DNA of 64,000 nt from Camelus dromedarius (lineage: Eukaryota), in the NCBI RefSeq assembly GCF_036321535.1, contig NC_087437.1, forward strand, positions 99,884,001-99,948,000. The letters run 5' to 3'. Every line of letters starts with the position of its first letter. Position 1 is the first letter of the stretch. A program made the position numbers and the translations under genes. Shown piece by piece: positions 14,194 through 27,194 of this stretch. Under the pieces are notes generated by a model. The model was not told the origin of the DNA and searched no databases. It was given only the letters and a program-made list of their open reading frames with translations.

Positions 14194-15791
14194 GCATTTC
14201 AACTACTATTATTGGGAGGTAAAAACTATATACCGGCATTTCTAGGTAAAATAATGATTTGCTTGGAATTCAGAAACAGTCAGTAACACCTGAACTCTGG
14301 GTTATATCTTGTCACTGCTAGCTGTGTAGCCTCTTTGTCATTTTCTTTTGGAGGATGATATGCTTGATGGAGATTTTGTGTGACTTAAGTAAGTAAAATT
14401 TGCATAATGGGTCCCTCTTCTAGCAGGCACTTCAATGAGCACTAGTTCTGGAACCAATTAGAAGAGATTGGCTGGATGCATGCTATCTATGCCCACTTCT
14501 TCAGCCCATTAGATAATGAAAGGAAATTTATAATGTCTAGCTGGGAAACCATATAAATTTTAAACAGAAAATGGACTTAGGCAGTGTGATAAAGATCTTA
14601 CATTTTAAAATGAATAGACTACTATTGCATATATATTAAATTATGCCACTAAACTTAAAATTCTCTCCTATTTTCTAATTATAATATTTGCATCTGGCAT
14701 TATAAATCTTCATTACATATACTGAGAAATTGGGAGTTTTCGATAAGTATAGACATTAATTTCCTATGCAACATAAAAGTGAACATATTACAGGAGAGGA
14801 GGAAAAAGCTCCTGGTTTTCCAAAAGAAACATGCCCATTTAAGTAAAAATTATGACCTGGGCCACCATTACAACTTATAAAGCAGAGAGATTACTGCAGG
14901 GTTCATTCTTCAGGAATCCTTTGCTCATGCTTGACCATGACTCAGAGGATAAAAGTGGAGAAGGGAAGAGAACATGGCTTCACCAAATGGCGCAAAAAGA
15001 ATGAAGAGGCTCATATACTCCCAGACAGGCTGCAGTCCCCAACTCCCACACCACCAGAACCGCCAAAGTAAAAGAGTAGAAATTTCCATTTCTTCCTTGG
15101 TTTGTTTATTTTCTTTTCTTTTGTAATATTTATTCTAGTATCTCTTTAATGGTCAAATACGTAAAGACAAGTTTTAATATGTTGACCTCCCTGACACAGT
15201 CATTCTTGGCTCTAATCTCTAATGCTTGAGAGAAAAAAAAGAAGATGCTCACTTTGTATGTAGCCAATTATCAGATACGCCCAGGAACGGAGGACATGGT
15301 CAGCATCTGTCTACATGCATATCATACCTCTGAGGATTACCTTGTTATTGGAAGAATAATGGGAAGATACAGAACCAAATTAAAAGGCTATTACTCTTAT
15401 TTATCCACAATTTCCACATATTTTTATTTCTGTAACAAAAATAAAATGAAAGATCCAAGAAGTGTTTTGCATCCGTATAACTTGATATCACAAGTATTTA
15501 AGGTGTAGGATAGGGTATGGTGAAAAATGGATTTCCAGTAAATCTATGATTGAAACTATCTACTGTTGATATTAGCCACCTGAGTCATTTGAAGTATTCT
15601 CACAGTGAGTAAAATCATAATCTCTCCAGTAAAATATGAATATACTCATTCAAAAATAAACAGAGAAGTTACCAAGAATGTCAAAAAAAAAAAAAAAACA
15701 ACCTCTCAGGAAAGCACCAATAGGAAACAACTGAGAGCTAATCAGTGACTGAGTATAGCCAGGAAGCAAACTGGATGAAGAAATCATATTA

Positions 15792-16342
15792 TGTCAACTT
15801 TAAAAACAAAATAGCCAATTATTTTACCGGCAAAATGAGGCTTTTCTGAAATGGAAGAGAAATTGCAATTTGAAAAATGTAATCTTTGGTGAACCATGGG
15901 CAAGCCCAAAGAGGCAAAGGGAAGGTCAGTTTTCACTAGGGCTTAGGAGAAGATTGGAGAGGGTTGTTCTGAATAAAATTCACTGGAGAAGAACAAGTTC
16001 GAAGTTGTGGCAGTTTCTTACTGGCTGCAGGAGGTGGTCGGTTTGTTGTTGCTGGGGCTCAGAAGGATCTTCCTTCCTTTTCTTAAAAACAGGAGACAAA
16101 ATTCCTGTATGAAAAATGCCCTCCCTTGCACCAGAAGAAAAGTAACATCTTTCTCATCACAAATAAAAAGTTGAGAGTGAGAGAATTTTATATGAAGAAT
16201 TCTATACAAACAGGCCTTGTTAAAATAATTCTGATCTTCCTTCTTTCTGCTGGTTATGCAGACGGTTACAAGGGAGGTCTGAGAAAGCTCCTCCTTCAGG
16301 GCTTTCTGACTCCATTTTAAATGAGGTTTCCCTTTACTTTCA
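15792..16342 (-). mobile_element. ERV1-class solo LTR
   Basis: TG...CA-bounded ~550-bp block; the minus strand begins 'tgaaagtaaagggaaacctcatttaaaatggagtcagaaagccctgaagg', an opening typical of ERV1 LTRs; no exact TSD seen. Confidence 0.6.
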
Positions 16343-16409
16343 TAGTTATTATAATAGAAATTTCTAAATTGTATAAGAAAGGGTTGAGTAATGGAAAGTC
16401 CCATCAGTG

Positions 16410-16545
16410 ATTCCTGTATATTCAGTGAGTCACTTAAGCCACTCTGTGATTCTTTCCTCATCTGCAGAGGAAGATACAGATACCTACCATTTTGCTATGT
16501 GACAGTTCTATCTATCAGGTTCAAAGGAGCTAATGTATAAATGTA
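16410..16545 (+). mobile_element. MIR fragment
   Basis: 'gagtcacttaagccactctgtgattctttcctcatctgcagagg...tacctacc'. Confidence 0.6.
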
Positions 16546-17114
16546 TTTGATAAATTATGATATTCTTTTCAAATTGTTTCTGCATTTTTACCTCTTCCTC
16601 TGTAAAGTACAAAGTAGGACACTGAAATTCTCTGGTCGTTTCCCTCTCTTTCCTTCTTCCTTATATTTGATTTGGAAAAATTCCACATTTATAAAGAAGC
16701 CAGTGCTTTCTGCTTACCTACTCCGTGGAAAGAATTTTTCTGCTACTTACACGAGGCATTTAGTTTCAGATATTCTATAGGTCTTTAGGGAGAGTGTAGA
16801 GCTCAATCCTTTTATGGCTGCCAGCCTGGGACAATTCACAGATGCCAACTTTAGTTTGAAAAGCATTTTAGACAGGTGTCCTACAAGCATAATTTGACGT
16901 TATTTGTCACTGTGGGATAAATTGCAATCAGATACTCTAGGACTATAACTCTACCCAATGCTACATGCTGCCAGTGAGGGGCACCAGATATTTGTATAGA
17001 TAAACATAACCTAGAGTAACTGTAAGTAAAGAAAATGGGATTAAAAGCTCAAAATTGCTGAGAGCATTCTTTGGAGCAGTCCCTAAGAGAAGTCCTTAAG
17101 TTAGCTGCTTACTT

Positions 17115-17248
17115 GTTACAACCATTTTATGATGTAGGCATTCCAACCTCCATATTACTAGAGATGAACCCAAGACTAGGAAAGGTACAGTAATTTACCC
17201 AAAGTTTATAAAGACAGTGAACAGGAAAAAGGGGATTTGAACTCATGT
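17115..17248 (-). mobile_element. MIR fragment
   Basis: 'catattactagagatgaacccaagactaggaaaggtacagtaatttacccaaag...ggatttgaactc'. Confidence 0.6.
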
Positions 17249-18019
17249 GTAAATATGTCTTAAATAACTTTATCTAGATTGAAAATGTAAATGTATGTAA
17301 CAGAATTTCATGAATTGCATAATATTTTCTACTAAAAATAGAGATTTGGTGATAGTTAACTGACAAAAGATTGTTTAAGAAATTATAAAAGTTAGAAAAA
17401 AGTAACTTTGAAAATCATATATGAAAGAGTTGTAAAAACCAATTAGCAATATTCAATTGAATAAAGAGTTGTAAAGAAAACACCTACTGTAAATACTAGA
17501 AATTGTGGTGATTATCTGTAAGATCCAGGAAGAAATCATTTTAAATCAAGACATTTTACCTGGATTCCATAGACTTCATCACACTTATAATGACACAAAT
17601 TTTAAACAAAAGTTTGTGGTCAAATATCTTTTGTTCTGGAGAGATTCTGTACCTTTTGTCTCAAAAGGGCCATCATCCAAGTACAGGCATTACTTAATTT
17701 TGCAAAAGGAAAAAAAAAAAACTACTGTTAACAAAACACTAAGAAATCCTTTCCTTTTCTAGTCTTCTAAATAATTTAACATAAGTAGTCAAGTCATAGA
17801 CAAAATGTGATTTTTATGCTTTTTAATGAAACTATTAAGTATGTCACCCACTTAAAATTAGGCCTGATTTTCTCCTATGAGGTAGAAAGTTTACTTAAAA
17901 ACAGAAACCAGTGGAAACTCATTCATTTAACAATGAAAAAAGTCTTTCTAGATGGATTCAAATATGGGCCTAATATGAAAATTTAGTAATAATTAAGTCT
18001 AAGGAGTCAAATAAATCTA

Positions 18020-18475
18020 GCTTTCCAATATGGCACACAAGGAGCTTGGAAGCTGGCATTCCATTTTAACAAAAAGTAAAAACCTGGACAAACTAAAACA
18101 ATCAACAATTTTTCTTAGATCCACCAGAGACATGAGGTCACGAGGCAAACTGCTGTGCCCAGAATTGAAGAGACACAGACAAATATACAGAATCACAACT
18201 TACCAGAACAGAAACCCACCAGCAGAAACCTCCATGGAAACTAGTACTGAGGTAGGAAAATCTGAATTGTGACTGAATTGCCAGAGGCTCAGTGTGGACA
18301 AGTCTGAAAGTTAAAAACTCCAGGATGTATCAGTTCTGGGGAAGTTATCACATTTTTGTGAGCTTTACCTCCAGGAAATCTGTCAGATTCTCACACTGAA
18401 TATCATAGAAAATCCCCTCATATTTCAGGCAGGAGGAGGGAAAAATAATCATTTTGAAATAATTCAGAGCATTCT
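18020..18475 (+). mobile_element. 5' region of old L1 (L1MC/L1M4-type 5' end)
   Basis: 'aacaatcaacaatttttcttagatccaccagag...aatcacaacttaccagaacagaaaccc...gaggtaggaaaatctgaattg' resembles old L1M4 5' ends and is co-oriented with the L1MC body at 20252-24165. Confidence 0.55.
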
Positions 18476-18508
18476 GCAGTCAAATGCTCTACCCCTGAAC
18501 TATACCCC
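18473..18508 (-). pseudogene. Tailless retrocopy of the 5' half of tRNA-Cys(GCA)
   Basis: Minus strand reads GGGGTATAGTTCAGGGGTAGAGCATTTGACTGCAGA, one substitution from the mammalian tRNA-Cys-GCA 5' half as recalled; flanked by exact 15-bp direct repeats aattcagagcattct (18461-18475, 18510-18524); no poly(A). Confidence 0.9.
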
Positions 18509-18524
18509 AAATTCAGAGCATTCT

Positions 18525-20251
18525 AGATGGAAAAATATATTGTTCGTGGACTTGAAAAATAAATATTGTTAAAATGGCCATACTACCCAAGGCAATATAC
18601 AGATTCAATGCAAATTATTAATGCCAGTTTTCACAGAACTGGAACAAAAGATTTTTAAATTTGTATTGGAACACAAAAGACCCCAAATAGCCAAAACAAT
18701 CTTGAGAAAGAGAAATGGAGCTGGAAGAATCAGGCTCCCTTACTTCAGACTATACTACAAAGCTATAGTAATCAAAACAGTACAGTACCGGCACAAAAAT
18801 AGATGCATAGCTCAATGGAACAGGATAGAAAGCTTAGAAATAAACCCACATATTTATGGTCAATTAATCTACAACAAAAGAGGCAAGAATATACAGTGGA
18901 GAAAAGACAGTCTCTTCAATAAGTGGTGCAGTGAAAACTGGACAGCTACATGTAAAAGAATTAAATCAGAACATTTTTAAACACTATATACAAAAATAAA
19001 CTCAAAATGGATTAAGGATCCACATGTAACACTGGAAATCTTGGAAGTTCTGGAGGAAAATATTAGACAGAACACTATTTGACATAAATCACAGCAATAT
19101 TTTTTTAATCCATCTCCTAGAGTAGTGGAATTAAAAGCAAAAATAAACAAATGGGGCCTAATTAAACTTAAAAGCTTTTGCAAAGCAAAGGAAACCACAA
19201 ACAAAATGAAAAGATGATCTACAGAATGGGAGAAAATATTTGTAAATGATGTAACTGACAAGAGACTAATTTCCAAAATACACAAACATCTCATACAGCT
19301 TAATATAAAAAGAACCCCAAACAACTCAATCAAAAAATGGCCAGAAGACCTAAACAGATATTTCTCCAAAGAAGACATTCAGATGGCCAACAGGCACAAG
19401 AAAACATACCAATATCACTACTTATTAGATAAATGCAAATCAAAACTACAATGAGGTATCACCTCACAAGTCAGAATGGCCATCATTAAAAAGTCTACAA
19501 ATAATAAATCCTTGAAAGGGTGTGGAGAAAAAGGAACTCTCCTACACCATTGGTGGCAAAGTAAATTGGTGTAGGTACTATGGAGAACAGTGTGAAGGTT
19601 CCTTAAAACACTAAAAAATAATAATAATAAAGTAATCGTATGATCCAGCAATTCCACTCCTGGGCATATATCTGGAAAAAAACTCTAATTCAAAAAGTCA
19701 CATGCATCCCAGTGGTCATAGCAGCACTATTTACAATAGCCAAGACATGAATGCAACCTAAATGTCCATCAACAGATGAATGGATAAAGAAGATGTAGTA
19801 TATATACACAGTAGAATATTACTCAACCATTTAAAGAATAAAATAATGCCATTTGCAGCAACATGGATGGACCTAAAGATTACCATATTAAGTGAAGTAA
19901 GTTAGACAGAGAAAGACAAATATCATATGATATCACTTATAGTGGAAATGAACTTATTTACAACCCAGAAATACACTCAAAGACATAGAAAACAAATTTA
20001 TGGTTACCAAAGGGGAAAGGGAGGGAGGGCTAAATTAGGAGTTTGGTATTAACATACACATCACTATATAAAAAATAGGTAAGCAAGAAAGATTTATTGT
20101 ATAACACAGAGAACTATCTTCAATATCTTATAATAACCTACAATGAAAAAGAATCTGAAAAATATATACATATATGAATGAATCACTTTGCTGTAGACCT
20201 GAAACTAACAAAACATTGTAAATCAACTGTACTTCAGTAATTAAAAAAAAA
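18525..20251 (+). mobile_element. Younger lineage-specific L1, 5'-truncated (ORF2 C-terminal region, 3' UTR, A tail)
   Basis: ORF 18621-18980 ([12 protein letters not shown]...[13 protein letters not shown]...DSLFNKWC) is L1 ORF2; the 3' UTR ends 'ttgtaaatcaactgtacttcagtaattaaaaaaaaa'; frame-disrupted. Confidence 0.95.
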
Positions 20252-23200
20252 CAACAAAAGGCAGGGAAAGAGTGGAAGATAAAAATAGGAATAAAGAACA
20301 AGAGCAACATATAGAAACCAGTAATCAATGAGGCAGATATTAATCCAACTTAACCAATAATTACTTTAAATGTCAATGTCTAAATACATCAATTAAAAGG
20401 CAGAGATTGTCAGAGTGGATAAAAATCAACTCCAACTACATGTTATTGAATATAGTTCCCTGTGCTATACAGTATAAACTTGTTTTTCTATCTTATATAT
20501 AGTAGTTAGTATCTGCAAATCTGTAACTCTCAATTTATCCCTTCCCACCCCTTTCCCCCCAGGTAACCATAAGTTTGTTTTCTATGTCTGTGAGTCTGTT
20601 TCTGTTTTGTAAATAAGTTTTTTGTATTTTTCTTTAGATTCCTTAACGTGTATGTATCTAACAACAAAACACAAATACCTAAAGTAAAAAAAAAAAAAAT
20701 TGTTTAAGGAGAAATAGATAAATTCACTATTATGGTTGGAGACTTCAATACCTCTCTATCAAAAATGGGCAGATCTAGTAGGCATAAAATTAGTAAGAAC
20801 ATAGTCAAACTTGACAGCACCATTCATCAACTGGATACAAACAACACCTATAGACGACTTCACCCCAAAACAGCAGAATACACATTTTTCTCAAGCTCAC
20901 GTGGAACAATCACCAAGACAGGCCACATTCTGGGCCATAAAACACACCTTAAGAAATTTAGAAGAACAGAAATCATACAGTGTATGCTCCCAGATCACAA
21001 TAGATTTAAACTAAAAATCAATTACAGAAAAATAGCTGGAAAATTTCAAAATACTTGGGTATAAAACCACATACTTCTAATAACATGGGTCAAAGAAGAA
21101 ATCTCCAGAGGAATTTTTAAATATTTAGAAATAAATAAGGATGAAAATACAACTTATCAAAATTTTTGGAATGCAGCCAAAGAAATGCTTAGAGGGAAAT
21201 TTATAACACCAAATGCGTATTTTAGAAAAGAAGAAAGGCCTAAAAATCAATAACCTAAGCATCCACCTTAGGAAAATAAAAGAATTACATATTAAGGTAA
21301 GCAGAAGACTATATATAAAAATTAGAGCAGATTGATGAAAATAGGAAATCAATAGAGAAAATCAAAGAAACCAAAAGCTGGTTCATTGAAAAGTTCAATA
21401 AAACCAATAAGCTTCTAACCAAACTAACTATGAAGAAAAGATAAATGATACTAATATCAGAAATGAAAGAAGGGGCATCATTATCAATCTCATGAACATC
21501 AAAAGGACAATAAAGATTTACTATGAGCATCTCTATGTCCACAAATTTGATAACCTAGATGAAATGGAAAGATTCTTTTAAAGACACAATCTTCCAAAAC
21601 TCACACAAGAATAAATAAACCATTTGAATAGGCAAATATAATATTAAGTAAATGGAACCAACAATTAATAACCTTTTAAAACAAAAAGCACTAGTTTCAG
21701 ATGGTTTGTGCATTCTACCAAACATCTAAGGAAGAAATTATACCAAGTCTCTATAATCTCTTCCAGAAGATAGAAGCAAAGAGAATACTTCCTAACTCAT
21801 TCTATGAGACCAACATTGCCCTAATACCAAAATCAGATAAAGATGTTACAAGAAAAGTAAACTATAGACTAATATCTCTTAGATCATAAATACAAAAATC
21901 ATCAACAAAATATTAGCAAACCAACCACCCAAAAATGTATAAAAATAATTATATACCATGAACAAGTGGAATTTATCCCAGGTATGCAAGGCTGATTCAA
22001 CATTTGAAAATCAATTAATGTCATTCATCATATCAACAGACTAAAGAAGAAAAATCACAAATCCTATCAAAAGATTTAGACAAAGCATTTGACAAAATCC
22101 AACACCAATTCATGATAAAAATTCTCAGCGAACTAGGAATAAAAGGGAATTTCCACAATTTGATTTTTAAAATCTAAAAAAAAAACCTTATAGTTCACAT
22201 CATATATAAAGGTGAAAAACTAAATGTCTTCCCACTAAGACCAGAAACAAAGCAAAGATGTCACATTTCACTACTCCTTTTCAACATTGAACTTGAAGTC
22301 CTATCTAATGCAATGAGACAGGAAAAGGAAATCAAAGGTGTACAGATTTGGAAGGAAGAAATAAAACTGTATTTGTTTGCAATTGATATTGTATCAGAAA
22401 ATTCAGAAAAATCCACAACAAAAAACTTCTGGAACTAAGAAGTGATTATAATGAAGGTGTAGGATATAGAGTTAATATGCAAAAGCCAATCACTGTCCTA
22501 TATACCATCAATGAACAAGTGGAATTTGAAATTAAAAACACAATACCATTTACATTAACATCTCCCCAAATGAAATACTTGGGTATAAATCTAACAAAAT
22601 ATGAACAAGTTCTACATGAGGAAAATTACAAAGCTCTGAAGAAATAAATTAAAGTGCTAAAAAATGGAGAGATATTCATGGTCATAAATGAGAAAATTCA
22701 ATATTGCCAAGATGTCAGTTCTTCCCAAGTAGATCTTTACATTCAGCAGGATTCCAACCAAAATCTCAGCAAGTTATTTTTGTGGGTATCAACAAGTTGA
22801 CCTAAAATCTATTAAGGAGAGACAGAAGACCCAGAATAACCAACACAATAACAAGGGAGAATAACAAAGTCAGAGGACTGATACTACTTGACTTCAAGGC
22901 TTACTGTAAAGCTCAGATAATCAAAACAGTGCTGTCTTTGTGAAAGAAAAGAGATATAGATCAACAGAACAGAAACTCACATACATATAGTAAACTGATC
23001 ATTGCTGAAGGAGCAAAAGTAATGCAGTATACCAAAGAGAGTTCTTTTCACAAATGGCGCTGGAACAACTAGACATCCACATGCAAAAAAAGTTAATCTA
23101 GACACAGATCTTACAAACTTCACAAAAATTAACTCAAAGTGGATCACAGACCTAAATGTAAAATGTAAACCTGTAAAACTCCTAGAAGACAACATAGGAG

Positions 23201-24165
23201 AAAATCTAGGTCACCTTGGATTTCAGGATGATGCTTTAGATATAACACCAATAACATGATTCATGAAAGAAAGAATTAGTAAGCTGGACTTTGTTAAAAT
23301 TAAAAACTTCTGCCCTGCAAAAGACCCTGTCAAGAGAATGAGAAGACAAGCCACAAACTGGAGGAAAATATTTGTAAAAGACAAATCTGATAAAGAACTG
23401 TTATCTAACATATACAAAGAACTCTTAAATTCAACAAAAAGAAAATGATCTAAAAGCGGGCAAAAGACCTTAACAGACACCTCATCAAAGAAGATATACA
23501 AATGGCAAATAAGCATGTGAGAGGATGTTCAACATCAGGTGTCATCAGAGAATTATAAATTAAAATAACAATGATACACCACTATTAGAATGGCCAAAAT
23601 CCAGAACACTGACAACACAAGATGTCCTTCCATAGGTAAATGCATAAATAAACTGTGATAGGTCCAATGAAAAAGCATTCAGTGCTAAAAAGACATGAAG
23701 GAACCTTAAACATGTATTGATAAGTGAAAGAAGCCAATCTGAAAAGACACATACTCTATGATTCCTATTATATGACATTCTGGAAAAGGCAAAGCTATGG
23801 AGACAGTAAAAAGTTCAGTGATTTCCCAGGGGCTAGTGGAGAGGGAGATGTGAAAAGGCAGAGCACAGAGGATTTTTAGGGCAGTAAAACTATTCTACAT
23901 GATACTGTAATGAGGGATACATGTCATCATACATTTGTCAAAGCCCATAAAATACACAAAACCAAAAGTAAACCCTAATGTAAACTAGAGACTTGTAGCT
24001 GATAATACTCTGTCCGTGCAGGTTAATTAATTGTCAGAAATGAAGCTCTCTGGTGTGGGGTGTAGGCAGTGGTAGGGGCTATACATGTGTGAGGGCAGAA
24101 GCTATATCGGAATTCTCTGTACTGTCCACTCAATTCTGCTGTGAATATAAAACTCTGTAAATAAT
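20252..24165 (+). mobile_element. Old L1MC1-like element: degraded ORF2 (EN, RT) and 3' UTR
   Basis: ORF 20732 'MVGDFNTSLS...YTFFSSSRGT' is the L1 endonuclease; RT-region DNA 'gcatttgacaaaatccaacacc'; 3' UTR 'tatgacattctggaaaaggcaaagctatggagacagtaaaaag...caattctgctgtgaa'. Confidence 0.9.
20444..20642 (-). mobile_element. Internal young L1 3' UTR patch inside the L1MC endonuclease region
   Basis: 'attgaatatagttccctgtgctatacag...ggtaaccataagtttgttttctatgtctgtgagtctg...tttagattcc' matches the in-window copies at 27325-27515 and 32428-32616; no T tail, no TSD. Confidence 0.85.
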
Positions 24166-27100
24166 TGTAATAGTTACAAACCAAAAGATGGTTTTTCATA
24201 GTCTTAGTATAGAAAAAAAAAATCAGTCTTTTAAATTAGGATCATGAAATACTAGCAAATTCATAAATGTCAGAATGACTATGAAGGAACGCTATGCGGC
24301 TGTGATTACACATAGACTGAACAGTGTGTGAACCATCCTGTTATCTGACTTTGATTCATCCTCCATAATTATTTCTGTTGTTTCTCTATTCTGACATTTA
24401 TGGTTTTGATGTCCTTTCTAAATGAAATTTTGCATAAGACCTCACAATAGAAAGCTATCTTGAAAATAAGAAAGAGGATTTGTCATCAAATAATCCCCTT
24501 GTAAAAATATTTTTTCACTTTATCATAAATTTGTAAAAAATGACTTGTTTTTTTTCAATTTCCAATATGGCAATCTCATAAACCTAATTTCTCAAATATT
24601 GAAGTATTCTATGTTACTTTTTCAATAGGACAATATTAAAACAATACCTATAAGGTGATATACACCTTTATTGTCTATAATGAAAACTCTGAAGACAGGT
24701 AAAAATTAACCTAGCAATAAAAGGTAGAAATTTAGGTTGAGTCAAGAAAAGGGGAAAATGTAAGTAGACTTTGTGAAGCTGTAATGAGCCATATACAAAT
24801 ATAACTGGAAATGACCCTTAGAAAGACTCAGGATAAATTTAGTGGCTATAAGTATACCAGTGCATTTTTTAAACATGACTAGACTGAAGTCCTATTGAAC
24901 TAATTCCATTTTGATATTCTCACTTCAGTCAAGTTCAAAGTTTGCTACAACTTCTTACATTTTCTCCCCATTAATAAATTTGCCATCTCCTTTTCTGAAT
25001 AATCCATCTTCATTTATCTTTTTCTCTGTTATCCTTTTCTTAAATCATGACACAGGCGTCAAAACTTAACAGCTTACAGGATAATTTTCATCTCATTATC
25101 TACTGACATGAATCACTCTTTTACTTTGCATCTCACTCTGCAATTTACTCTTTTTACAGATGTTTGTCAATAAGTGGCTCCATGTGTGTGCATGCGTGCA
25201 CATGCATGTTTTTACATTAGTGTCATGCAGATAATTTATCAGAGGACTGTTTCTATTCTGTCACTCACACCTTCTATAACAGGGGTTCAATACAAAGGAA
25301 AAGCTTGATAAATGTTGCTGAGCCATTGATTGCTATAATATGATTTTAATTATTAGGATAAAAACATAGTTAGCATTTGTAGATAGCATTAGGGCTTAAC
25401 AAAAAGATTTCAGATATATGGTGCTCATAAGCCTATTCTTTTATAATATATAGTTTGCTGTAGATTATCTATTGACAAAGTGTATAATAACAACAATCTG
25501 TCCTTAGCTTTGAAGTGTGTGGTTTATTTTGCATTTACACATGAAGATATCCTGGGAATTTGTAACATTTTGATTGAGAATTTTTCATTTAGAAGGTTGC
25601 TCAGCAACCCCATTGTTCTCTGCTTAAAATATGTCTACTGTCTACTCCCAATCTACCTTCTAGTTTGAGTCAGTCTTTTTCTCCATCCTCGGGTGACTGT
25701 AATTAAAAATTTCAGTGTTTAAAAGCCCAAATGGGAGCTATACTGTAAATCTTCACATTTCCTTCTCTTTCACTCCTACTAGGCTTCAGAGAGTGAGTGG
25801 AAGAATCAATGGAGAAGGTAAAAAAATCAACATATTTGCCTAGATCTCAACAGTGGTTATCAAAATGCAAGACTGAGGGCAGGCTTACCTAATGGCAAGA
25901 GATGGCACTGAATGCAGAAAAAAATGAACAAATTGGGTACAGCTGGAGAAAACATTTTCTAAAATTAGCCTACAAGTTATTCTATGATTACTAAAAAATG
26001 TTACAGAATCCAGAACTAAAAATCATATAATAGAAACTTTTTTTAATGGCCTCCTGTTAAATGAGAAGGAAAATGCAAACAAAGTACTTATTTGGTACAA
26101 ATTAAGAACAATTATAGTTTTGTAAACTTTTCTTTAAAAAAATTAACAAAGAAGATCAAAGGAGTAATGTTTACATATAGTTTAACACATCACCTTAATA
26201 AATGCTTTGTTGATGTACAAAGTTAGATCCAGAGGCTAGTCTATAATGTTGATTTAGAATTGAACTCTTATCGTAAGAAAATAAAAGAAATGTTGTGTCA
26301 TTCCTTATCTTTTAACCCTACTCCTCTTAAATTGGGAAAAACTGGGTTTGGAAGTGAAAAGGAGAGCAGAGGGGAAAGTTGCTTCTCAGAAGAAGAACGG
26401 CGGAAGTATTTTAAAGAACAGTAATGTCTAATATTCACATATTTCTTACAACTGTATTTTATTATTAGTTTAAATAGTTAATATATTCTCATTTCAAAAG
26501 ATATTGCCATCTTATTTTTGCTTTTTTACAGAAATGATAGAACACTTTCTCTGTTTACACAGAACTTATTTAATAGCAAATGTTGGAGTTGTTTATATAT
26601 CAGTATAACAAATTTTTTCTTATTCTTTTAAATGGATTTTTGAATATGTGTAATGTATTTACCCCATCCTCTTAAGAATGGACTATACATTGTTTTAAGT
26701 CTCTTGATCCCTGAAAAAAAGCTATTCACTGAATAGCTGGATACATATATAATTTTGCCTATAAACGCATTTAAGTATAGCATAAAGCCCTAGAAGTGGA
26801 ATTGCCGGATCAAAATTGCGTATTTTTAACTTCAGTAGATACTGACAAGTTATCCTTCTAAGAAATTATACCAATTTAAACCTTCACAAATAATATACAT
26901 CTTTGCCAATGTAACAGATAATTAAAATGATAGGTCTTTGCCAAACTTCTAGAAGCAAGTAATACAATAGAATAGTTCTAATTTGTAATTATCATATGAC
27001 AAGTGTTACTGAGAATTTTTTCATGCTTATAAATAATTTGCAGCTTCTTTTCTGCTCACATCTTTTGCCCATTTTTTTTCTTGGTTGTTGAAAATTTTTT

Positions 27101-27194
27101 TAATTTGCAAAAGCACATCAATGAATTCAATTTTTTTTTCCTATTTGTAATTGCCTTTTGACTTTCCTTTGGGTGGTTGTTGCTAAGTAGAACT

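Noticed and set aside
13939..14286. Lys/Arg-rich and Phe/Ser-rich ORFs
   Set aside because: Artefacts of the polypurine low-complexity tract
15870..16461. 147-aa and neighbouring ORFs
   Set aside because: They lie within an LTR and adjacent MIR; no gag, pol or env similarity is apparent
16975..16990. CTCF-like 'ccagtgaggggcac'
   Set aside because: Mismatches at the strongly constrained central AG positions
18621..23778. Cluster of ORFs resembling an endonuclease/reverse-transcriptase 'system'
   Set aside because: All are frame-disrupted L1 ORF2 remnants or their antisense frames, from at least two unrelated insertions; none is intact
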